Shown here piece after piece: positions 9,839 through 25,743 of a stretch of 64,000 nucleotides of DNA. The stretch spans positions 94,860,001 to 94,924,000 of the forward strand of contig OZ286464.1 in NCBI GenBank assembly GCA_965644265.1. Direction: 5' to 3'. The position numbers and the translations under genes were made by a program. Position 1 is the stretch's first letter. Each line of letters opens with the position of its first letter. Source of the DNA: Glycera tridactyla. Taxonomy: Eukaryota. A model generated the notes under the pieces. The model had not been told where the DNA came from. It made no database searches and worked only from the letters and a program-made list of their open reading frames with translations.

Positions 9839-12800
9839 GCTGTCTGTCTTGCCATTTATGTTTTGTATATTTGACTTATCTTTATTTGAGGACCAGAACT
9901 TGCGTATGGTTTTCCATAGTCCTTTCGGATTTCCTTCGTTTTCCATGAGCTTATTTTGTAAATAGGTACGCTGTAAATGCATCTTGAGTTTTTTAGCTTC
10001 TTTTTGTAATTCAGACTTGCGTTGACAGTTTTCTTCACTAGGATCTAATCTCTTGATTTTACTAGCCTTCTCTCTCTCATCAATCAAGCAATGATACTCT
10101 CCTGTCATCCACCCAGGGCAGTTTTCTCCAACTCGTACTCGTTTCATCAGAATGTTTTCATCGAAAATAGGCTGTAAATTACTGTACAATATTTCCAAGG
10201 CTTCATATACATTTTCTGTCGCAAAATAAGTATCCCAGTCGAGTGCTTCAATTTCATTGGACAATATTCGCATTTCTGTAATTTCTAAAATTCAGATAAT
10301 GATGTTTACGTTCAATTTTTATTTTTTTCACGAACAGTGAATATCAATGCATGATCTGATATGCCTAGATCTATTGTCCCACTTCTTGCATACAAGTCCG
10401 TGTTTGTTACCATAATATGGTCAATAAGAGTTTTTGACCTTTCAGTTATTCTCGTGGGAGACTTTATCGTTTGTACCAACCCGTTTGATTCAATAAAATC
10501 ATTTAAATTTGTTTTCAATCTATTGTTAGCAAGCATATCAATATTTGTATCGCCTAGGAAAATTGAATCGTGGGCTGATGAAAAACAAATATCATTGTAC
10601 TTATTTTCAAGAAGATCAAGCGCGTTGGAGACACTGCCATCAGGTGGTCGGTATAAACCGCAAATATATGTTGGTTTCGTGTCCTTCAGGTTGAGGCGAA
10701 ACCACATGTATTCTATATCAGGAGTACATAGTGACCAGTTTGACAAATAATCAACGTTCCTGGTATTTTTTATGTAAGCCAATAAGCCTCCACCTCCTCT
10801 TTTGCCTTGACCCAAGTCTCGATCAAACCTGTACATTGTATAATCAGTAATATAATCCCTGGTCTGAAATACTACTATTTAAAAAGCTTTCACCAAGTTT
10901 TATCATATCAATATTGCTCCTAAATAAGAATACCCTCACCTCTTCTATTTTTCGAATCACACTACAGATATTCAAGTAGGCAATTTTGATGCCAGGAATA
11001 CCTCTAAATTCTTGTGAAGATTCTAGGTTTAGTTCCATGAGTAGTTTTTGGTGATACTGCACCTTGTTAGTAACTTAGTAGTAGATTTATGAAGTACAAC
11101 TGCCGATGAGAGGTTTCCAAATGATAAAGAAAAATAATATTTTCAGATTAATCTACTCATAAGATGATGTGGAAGAAATCAGTCCACAGTTTTAATCTTT
11201 CTTTTTGTGTGGTATGAATGGAATATCCCATCTTTAAGGAGATAAATGTTTGTTGATGGAAAAATTTTGACAGTGATTCACTTACTGACACAAGAGCAGG
11301 AATATTTCTATAGTTTTAGCAATTTGCATATTACATGCTGAATTCCACTCGAAATAACAAATTTTAAGAACACATAATGCAGAGATAAAATAAAGAAAAA
11401 TACAATATAATATATGGACGACAAGAAACAATGGGAGCAAGATCATAGCTTCTTTTCAATTTTCAAATTTCAAACATAAATAAATGAGATCATACACTGT
11501 TTCAGTTTTCCTAATCCTTGCAAATACTACAGCAAAATAATAGTCCAAAAAATTCAGAATTTTTACAATGATGGTAATTTGATGCCCAAGTCAACCCTCC
11601 ATCTTAATTAAAGTTGAATTGAACAAATGTAATAAATAATTTTCAATTTCACTGAAATGTAAAATAAATGGGATTTTATAATTGATATTGCTCATGTCAG
11701 ATCTGAAGCATTTATCCCTGTAGCCAGATCATCTCTTAAAACAGAAACATAATAAATAAATAATGGCCATCTCAGGGCTTTCTTGTCATACAATTTTAAG
11801 TTAAAGCAATCAAAGCCATACATAAGCAAAACAGAAACAAAACAATCCTATCAGTATCATAGCTGTTTAGGTCAAATGGTAAGCCATCTAGGAACAGCTT
11901 ATTTTCATCTGTTGAAATGAGAGTTGAGACCAATCACAAGACATCTGTGGGTCAGTTTCACATTTATTTTCAGTTTTGATTTTAATTTTTACATTTAAGT
12001 TAAAGTATCTGAGTCATCGAGGAGCCACACTCCCCATCTCCACCCAACACAGATGGACCCTAATTTGGTGGGAGTGGTCTGGTTGGGTGTTAATGTAGGA
12101 GTATCTCCCCGCGATGAGTCAGGACTTAGGTAATCACCATATATAGGTATGCACTTCAAGTTCCACAAGTCAAAGTGTGAAATGGATGAAGTTCTATAAT
12201 TACCATTGCTCCTGTCGGATCTGAGGCATTTATCTCTGTAGCCAAATCATCTCTTATACATAAACCTAATAATAATAATAATCATCCCATAGTTTTCATG
12301 TCAAGTTAAAGCTAAATCAATCAAAACCATACAAAAGCAAAATAGAAACAAAACAAATCCTATCAGTATCATAGTTGTTGAGGTGAGTTGCCAAGCCATC
12401 AAGAACGAGCTTGTTTTCAAACTGTTGAAGTGAGAGTTGAGGTCAATTTCACAACAACCAAAAATGAAATTTGCAATTTAATTTTAATTTTCTTTTCTAA
12501 ATTTAAGTTTAAGTTTAAGTGACTGAGTCATCGAGGAGTCACACTCCCTACCCCCACACAATACAGATGGACCCTGAATTGGTGGAAGTGGTTTGCCTGA
12601 GTATTAATGTGGGAGTATTTCACCACGATGAACTAGGACTTTGATAATCACCGTATATAAATATGCACTTCAAGTTCCACAAATCAAGGTGATTGACTGT
12701 TGGTGAGACTTTTCACCTGATATTCACTAGTGGCAATATGCGTTTTGAATTAAATAGTTTGATATCACATCAATATATTACTTTCTATTTTTATAGCAAC

Positions 12801-15800
12801 TAGCTAAATGTCTGAATCACTGAAGGGCCACACTCCCCACCTTTACACAGTCCAGATGGACCCTGCTTTGGTGGGAGTGGTCTGATTGCGTATTGGTGTG
12901 GGAGTGTCTCCCCGCACTGAATCAGGACACAGGTAGGCACCCCCCAAAAAAGTTGTCCTCCTCGTCAAGTTAGGAGTGTAGATTTACCCAAGTTTTCTCA
13001 TATGATACCAGTTTCCCATGAAATGAAAATTGGAATGAGATCATTTTGTCACCTTACATACTTACATTTAAAATTTCACTCCACCTACGATACAGACATT
13101 CACTCACTGATATGTACTCGCTTCCATTCTTCTCACATTTCCTTTCTTGCACCACTGACCGTCATTTCTCATCACAGATTTCATCATTCTCCCTACTGTT
13201 GATCAGCATTCCAAGTAGTCTTTCTGTAACCATAACCATAATAATGTTCAGACATTCATCAAGACAATTCAATAGTTCAAGTTCAATAGTTTTGCAGTCA
13301 AGTATGGACAAGTTGTCTCAGAGAGATATGGCCGGTGATTATGGTGTTTCATCCATTTCTTTGTAGACGAAATCCAGTTATCAATAATCGGTCCAATAAG
13401 ATGCATGCATAAGGCCCTCATGCCATAATTGTTCAAGTGGACTTTGTCATACCCCAACATTCCATTCAATATTTCGCCCAAACGAGTGGGTCTTGGTTTC
13501 TGTTCTGGAGGGATTCCCACCAGTCGAAAAGGCCTGACATACATTTGATGTGTGCTGATCACCCTAATCTTACTTCGAATGCCATATTCTGCATGATCTT
13601 TGGCTAAAGTTTCCATAAAGAAATGGTCAACCCAAAGTGCGAGAGATCTGGCTTCATCAACCCAAGCTGGTCTCCAGAAAATAGGCACTACCATGATTTC
13701 CACTTCCGGGTACAGAAATTCAAGGTGCCTCATGAGATTCAATATTTGAAATGTGATTGATTTGAATCTTGTGAGCTTCTCTTTCATGATTTGGGCATTT
13801 CTTTTTTAGGGATTTCAGTTGTGTAAGTGATGGTTCTGATTTTTGTGTTGAAATTATCCACATCATTACTCCCAATAATTATTGTGACATAATTAGGGGT
13901 GAATCCAATGAGTTTTAGACTGTTTACAGTGTCCCCATATCGATTTCTCTTCCGTTCATCATTGCCGAAACGCCCGTGCATATGATCTTGTAATTCAATC
14001 CAATTGGATCCACTGAATCCACGATATTTCCAAGTATTTAAGAGTGTTTTCATTTTCCACCATATCGGGCAGATTTTTAATGTATCCAGATAGATGTTCG
14101 ACATGGCTTGCGCCCAATACCAGAACCTCAGGTAGCTCGATTGAAGCAAGTTGATTCCTACGTCGTGACACTGGAAAACGCCCACTTTCCCTTTCTACTC
14201 GCCGTCTCGCAAGCTGAAGCGCCATTGTTCTTTCGGTCTACAAATAACAACAAATATTTATGTTCAGTGCTAACATTCAGATATGGTTTCATGTGTAATT
14301 TCATAGATGTTTATTAGTGTCTAGCCGTCTGATTTGACATGTCAGACAGCTGATTACGATAGGGGGTTTCCTAGCAATAATAATTGATTTGACTTGTCAG
14401 ACAGCTGATTACGATAGGGAGTTTCCCAGCTATAATAATTGATGTGACATCATTCTCGTAATGGAGAGGGGATCCCGGTGGTTCCTCCCGGCACTCCAGC
14501 CTTTCATTCCGGATTTCTCTCATTATCAAGATCCAACCACTTAACCACATCCCCGTGTAATCATGTCAATAATCTTACTGGGTTTTCGTAGCCATCTGTT
14601 CTGTCCATTAATCTTCGCGCTTACCAAACATGCCATTTCTGATTTTTATGTTTGCTCAATCGGGAGCACGTTGAACGGGTTCGGAGATTTGATGCCTGGG
14701 GTCAAGGTCGGGTTTGTGGAGTGTTCGATTTTCTCCAGACGCATTGTTTACTCTATCATCCGGTCCTGTTCGAGATGAGTGACCACTTTCATCTTTAGAT
14801 TTGATTTTTGTCTGGTGTCTTTCCATTCTTTTCCAGGAGCTAGGATTAGATTTAGACTAACAATTTGCTCAAAGAGAGTATCACTCGTTTCATCTAACTT
14901 TGATGGTGGCGAGATAGATTTAGAGGATTCATCAACATGAGAGTTTTGTTCCATCCCTTCCTCCCCATGACTTAAACTTGAATTACCCACTTTTGATTGG
15001 TCATTTAGTGGTTGTGGATTTCGTCTGTTCTCATTTGGATTTTTCCAATTTCTCCTATGTCTAAAGTCAGGATCTGTGATATTTTTCGTTTTACTGTTTA
15101 AGATTTCAGTCAACTTGTCCAAACTTGGTACCAATATTTTCTGCTCATGAGCACTTCTTGCTATGTAGACTTGACCTTGAGCCATCCAGACATTGTGTAG
15201 ATTGTTGTCGACCTTGGCCTTTCTCGCTTCCTGAAATATGTTGTTTTCAATTTCAGTCAGTTGCTCACGTATGAAGACGGGTGACTTCCGGAAAGCAGCC
15301 TTTCTTTGTAGGATATCCTTCCTCAGGTTGGGGTCAACAAATTGAACTCTGACCGATCTAACTTTCCCCTGTCTCAGTGCTCCAAACCGTATCGCCTGTA
15401 TGATATGTCGCTCAATTATCTGTACGTTGGTATATTCGTTCACTAGCTTTACAATTTGTTCATGGATGAATATATCTCTAACATATGGCAATTCATCAAA
15501 AATGAGTACAAGCAATCTGTCATTTTTCTTCAGCTGTTCAACATCACATTCCAGTTTCCCCACTCTTGTTGCAACAATCCACGTTTTTTGTTTTGTTTTG
15601 ACTTCCCGTTTTTTTCAAGACTTCAATTTCTTTCCTCAACTTTGTCACTTCATCTCTCAACTTGTCAATTTCACTCTTAGAGTTGATTCCCAGCTCCTTT
15701 AACTCTCGTCTCAGCATGTCGAGTTCTTGAGCTTGGTATCCCAAAATGTCTGACATTTTCCTAATGGCTTTGTCATTTGTTTCGATTTGGGCTCGATCAT

Positions 15801-16937
15801 TATCGAGGGTTTGGACTGAGTCCTCGATAGTTGTTGATAGTTCGGCTCTCCATTCTCTCCGATTTTGATCAAATTTATCTTGAAAGTTGTCAATGATTCG
15901 TTTATCAATATACTGTTCACACGTTGATATTGTCTGCTCCTTGACAACCTCACTACATACCGATTTAATCTCGTTTTATTTTTGAGTGTTGACTGGATCT
16001 CCTGTTTCAAGTCTTTTTGAAACTTCTTTGTTTTCACAAACTCCTGTCCCTCTTTCCTGATCTCTTTGTTTGTTTCTATATGAACTAGCTGCTTCATCTC
16101 TTCTTTAAGTTCTAGTATCAGTTCAGTTTTTATTTCTTTCACAACACTTGTTCTCATCTCGCTGTGAATGATCTCACTCAGATCTTCTCAGAGAGACCTA
16201 CGTAGTGATACTACGTCAAACAGGGTCAGTTGAGTTGTTGCTGTCAGCTCTTCATCAGTACCACTGGCAACTGATACATGTTTTTGAATACTCGACCCAC
16301 TGTGTGATAGCTTGCTATTCGTTAAAGCATGACCGTTGACTTCGGCAGCAGTTGTCTGCTCACTGGGGCTGCTTTTCACTAATTCAGTTTGTGTTAATGT
16401 GTCATCGGGACCGGGGTTCCCAAGACCGCCCGGAGTAGCATGTTTATCTTTCTCCCCGCTCATGATGTCCTCCTGCCCGCTACTATCGTCTCTCTCTTTA
16501 CCTTCACACAACGATGTGGCCCCGACAACGTTTCCTTCATGATCGCTAAAGGGATCTGGTGGTTCGGAATGTTCATCAGAAATTACTTCAACAGATTCTT
16601 CCATGCTGCTATTTGATAGGCTTTCATTATCAAGTGCTTGCATGGATTTTGACCTCTCAAAGTCAGGGTTTGATTCACCAGGTGATAAGACCGAACTCGA
16701 TCTAGCAATCGTCTGTCCACAATGAGGGGTTAACTGTTTAGGGTCGAATGGGGTCAACTGTGTACCTGTAATTTCGCCCAGCTTTCCGCCTTTCTGCTTG
16801 ATTTTACTGTCCATCTTTGGAGTTTCTCGCAAAGTACTCCTTGATTCCCTGCATCAGGCGCTCTTCATAACCACTGTTTACATGTGAAAATGTTCACTTT
16901 CTTCTCAACTTGTGTGTGCTGCTGTTACTGCGCCATC
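9826..16937 (-). mobile_element. CR1/L2-group LINE 5' part, unit 2 (type B): APE 9826-11038, SGNH 13269-14225, ORF1 14748-16854
   Basis: Near-identical to unit 1. Confidence 0.8.
13269..14225 (-). pseudogene. SGNH hydrolase ORF, frameshifted
   Basis: GASH, GSND and DKVH blocks. Confidence 0.8.
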
Positions 16938-18641
16938 GATCTTGGTGTCGATGATCACTGTGAAAGCAGGATAAAATTTCAGATTGATTTGGCAGCAACA
17001 GGCAACACCATCCAACTGGGGACACTCAGACAGGTGACCGACCCATACCACCCGTTTGGTGGCATGAAGCCAACAAACTCAAGTATTAAAAAGTACAATG
17101 GTGACATCACCCAGCCAGTGGGCACAATCGACCTGAAATGCAGCCGAAATGGGACAACAAACACCCTCCGTTTCCAGGTTGTCGGCGGGCCGGAATTCAA
17201 GGTCAAGCCACCATTGCTTAGTGGTTCAGACTGTGTGTCGGTTGGGATTTTGAGAGTTGATGCCGATGAAATTAGGTCAATCGATGTCAATCAGATTGAT
17301 GGGCCTCTGACAGAGCATGCCGTTAAACAGAACTTCAAAGATGTCTTTACTGGGCTGGGTTGCATTGGTGAACCCGTACATCTGCAACTCGATTCCAAAA
17401 TCCAGCCAGTTCAAGCTGGTGTTCGACGATATCCCTTGAACAAAAGTGAACGTATTTTCTCAACGAGTCGGCGCGATGATCGATGAGGGCTATTTAGCAC
17501 TGCTGACTGAACCAACCCCCTGGTGTTCTCCCATGACCGCTCTGGAAAGGCCAGACAAACCTAATCATCCCATACGAATCTGTATGGATCCAGTTAGGAC
17601 ATCTAATCTAGCCATACAATGACCAGTTTACCCAATGCCGACGTTGGAGGAGAACCTACATAGGCTGGTGAATGCTAAATGCTTCACTCTCGCCGACGCT
17701 CTTGTTGGTTTCAGTCAAGTTCCCATGGACTATGAGTCCAGTTTGCTGACAGCAATGCACACACCTCTAGGACGTGTCAGGTGGTTGAGGTTGCCATTTA
17801 GCATCAGCTCAGCACTGGAGGAATTTCAACGGAGACAGCATTAAGTTCTTGATGGACTGCAGGGTGTGATCAACGTGGCTGACAACATACTAATATTTGG
17901 CAAAGGAGACACCTTCGAGCAGGCGACACTCGATCACGATGCAAACCTTCTTGCTTTACTGATGCGATGCCTGAACAAACATAAAACTGAATCCAAAGAA
18001 ACTGAGATTCAAGTTGAGGTCGGTTTCACTCATGGGACACACAATCGCAGATCAGGGCTTGGCTCCTGATGACTCAAAATTGGAGGCCATCCGTAGTTAA
18101 CCCAGCGTCTGATCGGCATGTGCAATTTCCTGTCGCAATATTTACCCAAGCTGAGTGATGTAAGCGCTCCACTCCGTGCGGTCAGCCATCCAAATGCAGA
18201 ATATTGCTGGTCCCCAACCCAGCAGCTGGCTTTCGACAAAATCAAAGAACTTCTCACATCAGCCCCAGTGCTCCAGTTCTACGATCCCGCCCTTATAGTG
18301 ACACTGCAGGTAGATGCATCAGAGAAGGGCCTCGGTGCTTCTCTCCTGCCGAAAGCACCATGTGGCTAGCCGACACTCTGTCAAGAGCCCCATTGCCGCG
18401 TTCACACCAGTCAGACAGAGATTTTGCAATATTTGCTGCTGACATACAAAGCACAGAACACAGGCCTGCCAGGGTGCTGGATGAGATATTCACTCAGATC
18501 AAATCAGCTACAGCCTGAGATCCGGTCTTATCTCACCTGGTCCCATACATTGTCCATGGATGGCCAGATGAGAAGTCACAAGTTCCACCCTAGGTCGCGC
18601 AGTCTTGGAACTACCGTTCTGAACTGATCATCGATGAGGGA
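16938..18641 (+). mobile_element. Ty3/Gypsy pol fragment, degenerate
   Basis: Same motifs as 8135-9838. Confidence 0.9.
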
Positions 18642-21600
18642 GCTGTCTGTCTTGCCATTTATGTTTTGTATATTTGACTTATCTTTATTTGAGGACCAGA
18701 ACTTGCGTATGGTTTTCCATAGTCCTTCCGGATTTCCTTCGTTTTCCATGAGCTTATTTTGTAAATAGGTACGCTGTAAATGCATCTTGAGTTTTTTAGC
18801 TTCTTTTTGTAATTCAGACTTGCGTTGACAGTTTTCTTCACTAGGATCTAATCTCTTGATTTTACCAGCCTTCTCTCTCTCATCAATCCAGCAATGATAC
18901 TCTCCTGTCATCCACCCAGGGCAGTTTTCTCCAACTCGTACTCGTTTCATCAGAATGTTTTCATCGAAAATAGGCTGTAAATTACTGTACAATATTTCCA
19001 AGGCTTCATATACATTTTCTGTCGCAAAATAAGTATCCCAGTCGAGTGCTTCAATTTCATTGGACAATATTCGCATTTCTGTAATTTCTAAAATTCAGAT
19101 AATGATGTTTACGTTCAATTTTTATTTTTTTACGAACAGTGAATATCAATGCATGATCTGATATGCCTAGATCTATTGTCCCACTTCTTGCATACAAGTC
19201 CGTGTTTGTTACCATAATATGGTCAATAAGAGTTTTTGACCTTTCAGTTATTCTCGTGGGAGACTTTATCGTTTGTACCAACCCGTTTGATTCAATAAAA
19301 TCATTTAAATTTGTTTTCAATCTATTGTTAGCAAGCATATCAATATTTGTATCGCCTAGGAAAATTGAATCGTGGGCTGATGAAAAACAAATATCATTGT
19401 ACTTATTTTCAAGAAGATCAAGCGCGTTGGAGACACTGCCATCAGGTGGTTGGTATAAACCGCAAATATATGTTGGTTTCGTGTCCTTCAGGTTGAGGCG
19501 AAACCACATGTATTCTATATCAGGAGTACATAGTGACCAGTTTGACAAATAATCAACGTTCCTGGTATTTTTTACGTAAGCCAATAAGCCTCCACCTCCT
19601 CTTTTGCCTTGACCCAAGTCTCGATCAAACCTGTACATTGTATAATCAGTAATATAATCCCTGGTCTGAAATACTACTATTTAAAAAGCTTTCACCAAGT
19701 TTTATCATATCAATATTGCTCCTAAATAAGAATACCCTCACCTCTTCTATTTTTCGAATCACACTACAGATATTCAAGTAAGCAATTTTGATGCCAGGAA
19801 TACCTCTAAATTCTTGTGAAGATTCTAGGTTTAGTTCCATGAGTAGTTTTTGGTGATACTGCACCTTGTTAGTAACTTAGTAGTAGATTTATGAAGTACA
19901 ACTGCCGATGAGAGGTTTCCAAATGATAAAGAAAAATAATATTTTCAGATTAATCTACTCATAAGATGATGTGGAAGAAATCAGTCCACAGTTTTAATCT
20001 TTCTTTTTGTGTGGTATGAATGGAATATCCCATCTTTAAGGAGATAAATGTTTGTTGATGGAAAAATTTTGACAGTGATTCACTAACTGACACAAGAGCA
20101 GGAATATTTCTATAGTTTTAGCAATTTGCATATTACATGCTGAATTCCACTCGAAATAACAAATTTTAAGAACACATAATGCAGAGATAAAATAAAGAAA
20201 AATACAATATAATATATGGACGACAAAAAACAATGGGAGCAAGATCATAGCTTCTTTTCAATTTTCAAATTTCAAACATAAATAAATGAGATCATACACT
20301 GTTTCAGTTTTCCTAATCCTTGCAAATACTACAGCAAAATAATAGTCCAAAAAATTCAGAATTTTTACAATGATGGTAATTTGATGCCCAAGTCAACCCT
20401 CCATCTTAATTAAAGTTGAATTGAACAAATGTAATAAATAATTTTCAATTTCACTGAAATGTAAAATAAATGGGATTTTATAATTGATATTGCTCATGTC
20501 AGATCTGAAGCATTTATCCCTGTAGCCAGATCATCTCTTAAAACAGAAACATAATAAATAAATAATGGCCATCTCAGGGCTTTCTTGTCATACAATTTTA
20601 AGTTAAAGCAATCAAAGCCATACATAAGCAAAACAGAAACAAAACAATCCTATCAGTATCATAGCTGTTTAGGTCAAATGGTAAGCCATCTAGGAACAGC
20701 TCATTTTCATCTGTTGAAATGAGAGTTGAGACCAATCACAAGACATCTGTGGGTCAGTTTCACATTTATTTTCAGTTTTGATTTTAATTTTCACATTTAA
20801 GTTAAAGTATCTGAGTCATCGAGGAGCCACACTCCCCATCTCCACCCAACACAGATGGACCCTAATTTGGTGGGAGTGGTCTGGTTGGGTGTTAATGTAG
20901 GAGTATCTCCCCGCGATGAGTCAGGACTTAGGTAATCACCATATATAGGTATGCACTTCAAGTTCCACAAGTCAAAGTGTGAAATGGATGAAGTTCTATA
21001 ATTACCATTGCTCCTGTCGGATCTGAGGCATTTATCTCTGTAGCCAAATCATCTCTTATACATAAACCTAATAATAATAATAATCATCCCATAGTTTTCA
21101 TGTCAAGTTAAAGCTAAATCAATCAAAACCATACAAAAGCAAAATAGAAACAAAACAAATCCTATCAGTATCATAGTTGTTGAGGTGAGATGCCAAGCCA
21201 TCAAGAACGAGCTTGTTTTCAAACTGTTGAAGTGAGAGTTGAGGTCAATTTCACAACAACCAAAAATGAAATTTGCAATTTAATTTTAATTTTCTTTTCT
21301 AAATTTAAGTTTAAGTTTAAGTGACTGAGTCATCGAGGAGTCACACTCCCTACCCCCACACAATACAGATGGACCCTGAATTGGTGGAAGTGGTTTGCCT
21401 GAGTGTTAATGTGGGAGTATTTCACCACGATGAACTAGGACTTTGATAATCACCGTATATAAATATGCACTTCAAGTTCCACAAATCAAGATGATTGACT
21501 GTTGGTGAGACTTTTCACCTGATATTCACTAGTGGCAATATGCGTTTTGAATTAAATAGTTTGATATCACATCAATATATTACTCTCTATTTTTATAGCA

Positions 21601-24600
21601 ACTAGCTAAATGTCTGAATCACTGAAGGGCCACACTCCCCACCTTTACACAGTCCAGATGGACCCTGCTTTGGTGGGAGTGGTCTGATTGCGTATTGGTG
21701 TGGGAGTGTCTCCCCGCACTGAATCAGGACACAGGTAGGCACCCCCCAAAAAAGTTGTCCTCCTCGTCAAGTTAGGAGTGTAGATTTACCCAAGTTTTCT
21801 CATATGATACCAGTTTCCCATGAAATGAAAATTGGAATGAGATCATTTTGTCACCTTACATACTTACATTTAAAATTTCACTCCACCTACGATACAGACA
21901 TTCACTCACTGATATATACTCGCTTCCATTCTTCTCACATTTCCTTTCTTGCACCACTGACCGTCATTTCTCATCACAGATTTCATTATTCTCCCTACTG
22001 TTGATCAGCATTCCAAGTAGTCTTTCTGTAACCATGACCATAATAATGTTCAGACATTCATCAAGACAATTCAATAGTTCAAGTTCAATAGTTTTGCAGT
22101 CAAGTATGGACAAGTTGTCTCAGAGAGATATGGCCGGTGATTATGGTGTTTCATCCATTTCTTTGTAGACGAAATCCAGTTATCAATAATCGGTCCAATA
22201 AGATGCATGCATAAGGCCCTCATGCCATAATTGTTCAAGTGGACTTTGTCATACCCCAACATTCCATTCAATATTTCGCCCAAACGAGTGGGTCTTGGTT
22301 TCTGTTCTGGAGGGATTCCCACCAGTCGAAAAGGCCTGACATACATTTGATGTGTGCTGATCACCCTAATCTTACTTTGAATGCCATATTCTGCATGATC
22401 TTTGGCTAAAGTTTCCATAAAGAAATGGTCAACCCAAAGTGCGAGAGATCTGGCTTCATCAACCCAAGCTGGTCTCCAGAAAATAGGCACTACCATGATT
22501 TCCACTTCCAGGTACAGAAATTCAAGGTGCCTCATGAGATTCAATATTTGAAATGTGATTGATTTGAATCTTGTGAGCTTCTCTTTCATGATTTGGGCAT
22601 TTCTTTTTTAGGGATTTCAGTTGTGTAAGTGATGGTTCTGATTTTTGTGTTGAAATTATCCACATCATTACTCCCAATAATTATTGTGACATAATTAGGG
22701 GTGAATCCAATGAGTTTTAGACTGTTTACAGTGTCCCCATATCGATTTCTCTTCCGTTCATCATTGCCGAAACGCCCGTGCATATGATCTTGTAATTCAA
22801 TCCAATTGGATCCACTGAATCCACGATATTTCCAAGTATTTAAGAGTGTTTTCATTTCCACCATATCGGGCAGATTTTTAACGTATCCAGATAGATGTTC
22901 GACATGGCTTGCGCCCAATACCAGAACCTCAGGTAGCTCGATTGAAGCAAGTTGATTCCTACGTCGTGACACTGGAAAACGCCCACTTTCCCTTTCTACA
23001 CGCCGTCTCGCAAGCTGAAGCGCCATTGTTCTTTCGGTCTACAAATAACAACAAATATTTATGTTCAGTGCTAACATTCAGATATGGTTTCATGTGTAAT
23101 TTCATAGATGTTTATTAGTGTCTAGCCGTCTGATTTGACATGTCAGACAGCTGATTACGATAGGGGGTTTCCTAGCAATAATAATTGATTTGACTTGTCA
23201 GACAGCTGATTACGATAGGGAGTTTCCCAGCTATAATAATTGATGTGACATCATTCTCGTAACGGAGAGGGGATCCCGGTGGTTCCTCCCGGCACTCCAG
23301 CCTTTCATTCCGGATTTCTCTCATTATCAAGATCCAACCACTTAACCACATCCCCGTGTAATCATGTCAATAATCTTACTGGGTTTTCGTAGCCATCTGT
23401 TCTGTCCATTAATCTTAGCGCTTACCAAACATGCCATTTCTGATTTTTATGTTTGCTCAATCGGGAGCACGTTGAACGGGTTCGGAGATTTGATGCCTGG
23501 GGTCAAGGTCGGGTTGTGGAGTGTTCGATTTTCTCCAGACGCATTGTTTACTCTATCATCCGGTCCTGTTCGAGATGAGTGACCACTTTCATCTTTAGAT
23601 TTGATTTTTGTCTGGTGTCTTTCCATTCTTTTCCAGGAGCTAGGATTAGATTTAGACTATCAATTTGCTCAAAGAGAGTATCACTCGTTTCATCTAACTT
23701 TGATGGTGGCGAGATAGATTTAGAGGATTCATCAACATGAGAGTTTTGTTCCATCCCTTCCTCCCCATGACTTAAACTTGAATTACCCACTTTTGATTGG
23801 TCATTTAGTGGTTGTGGATTTCGTCTGTTCTCATTTGGATTTTTCCAATTTCTCCTATGTCTAAAGTCAGGATCTGTGATATTTTTCGTTTTACTGTTTA
23901 AGATTTCAGTCAACTTGTCCAAACTTGGTACCAATATTTTCTGCTCATGAGCACTTCTTGCTATGTAGACTTGACCTTGAGCCGTCCAGACATTGTGTAG
24001 ATTGTTATCGACCTTGGCCTTTCTCGCTTCCTGAAATATGTTGTTTTCAATTTCAGTCAGTTGCTCACGTATGAAGACGGGTGACTTCCGGAAAGCAGCC
24101 TTTCTTTGTAGGATATCCTTCCTCAGGTTGGGGTCAACAAATTGAACTCTGACCGATCTAACCTTCCCCTGTCTCAGTGCTCCAAACCGTATCGCCTGTA
24201 TGATATGTCGCTCAATTATCTGTAAGTCGGTATATTCGTTCACTAGCTTTACAATTTGTTGATGGATGAATATATCTCTAACATATGGCAATTCATCAAA
24301 AATGAGTACAAGCAATCTGTCATTTTTCTTCAGCTGTTCAACATCACATTCCAGTTTCCCCACTCTTGTTGCAACAATCCACGTTTTTTGTTTTGTTTTG
24401 ACTTCCCGTTTTTTTCAAGACTTCAATTTCTTTCCTTAACTTTGTCACTTCATCTCTCAACTTGTCAATTTCACTCTTAAAGTTGATTCCCAGCTCCTTC
24501 AACTCTCGTCTCAGCAAGTCGAGTTCTTGAGCTTGGTATCCCAAAATGTCTGACATTTTCCTAATGGCTTTGTCATTTGTTTCGATTTGGGCTCGATCAT

Positions 24601-25743
24601 TATCAAGGGTTTGGACTGAGTCCTCGATAGTTGTAGATAGTTCGGCTCTCCATTCTCTCCGATTTTGATCAAATTTATCTTGAAAGTTGTCAATGATTCG
24701 TTTATCAATATACTGTTCACACGTTGATATTGTCTGCTCCTTGACAACCTCACTACATACCGATTTAATCTCGTTTTATTTTTGAGTGTTGACTGGATCT
24801 CCTGTTTCAAGTCTTTTTGAAACTTCTTTGTTTTCACAAACTCCTGTACCTCTTTCCTGATCTCTTTGTTTGTTTCTATATGAACTAGCTGCTTCATCTC
24901 TTCTTTAAGTTCTAGTATCAGTTCAGTTTTTATTTCTTTCACAACACTTGTTCTCATCTCGCTGTGAATGATCTCACTCAGATCTTCTCAGAGAGACCTA
25001 CGTAGTGATACTACGTCAAACAGGGTCAGTTGAGTTGTTGCTGTCAGCTCTTCATCAGTACCACTGGCAACTGATACATGTTTTTGAATACTCGACCCAC
25101 TGTGTGATAGCTTGCTATTCGTTAAAGCATGACCGTTGACTTCGGCAGCAGTTGTCTGCTCACTGGGGCTGCTTTTCACTAATTCAGTTTGTGTTAATGT
25201 GTCATCGGGACCGGGGTTCCCAAGACCGCCCGGAGTAGCATGTTTATCTTTCTCCCCGCTCATGATGTCCTCCTGCCCGCTACTATCGTCTCTCTCTTTA
25301 CCTTCACACAACGATGTGGCCCCGACAACGTTTCCTTCATGATCGCTAAAGGGATCTGGTGGTTCGGAATGTTCATCAGAAATTACTTCAACAGATTCTT
25401 CCATGCTGCTATTTGATAGGCTTTCATTATCAAGTGCTTGCATGGATTTTGACCTCTCAAAGTCAGGGTTTGATTCACCAGGTGATAAGACCGAACTCGA
25501 TCTAGCAATCGTCTGTCCACAATGAGGGGTTAACTGTTTAGGGTCGAATGGGGTCAACTGTGTACCTGTAATTTCGCCCAGCTTTCCGCCTTTCTGCTTG
25601 ATTTTACTGTCCATCTTTGGAGTTTCTCGCAAAGTACTCCTTGATTCCCTGCATCAGGCGCTCTTCATAACCACTGTTTACATGTGAAAATGTTCACTTT
25701 CTTCTCAACTTGTGTGTGCTGCTGTTACTGCGTCTGCGCCATC
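18629..25743 (-). mobile_element. CR1/L2-group LINE 5' part, unit 3 (type C): APE 18629-19840, SGNH 22071-23026, ORF1 23548-25654
   Basis: Near-identical to unit 1. Confidence 0.8.
22071..23026 (-). pseudogene. SGNH hydrolase ORF, one frameshift
   Basis: 146-aa and 172-aa track ORFs overlapping at ATGA; GASH, GSND and DKVH blocks. Confidence 0.82.

Noticed and set aside
20036-20248. Hydrophobic 70-aa ORF as a membrane or env-like peptide
   Set aside because: AT-rich spacer, open only in unit 3 because of one substitution, with no supporting motifs.
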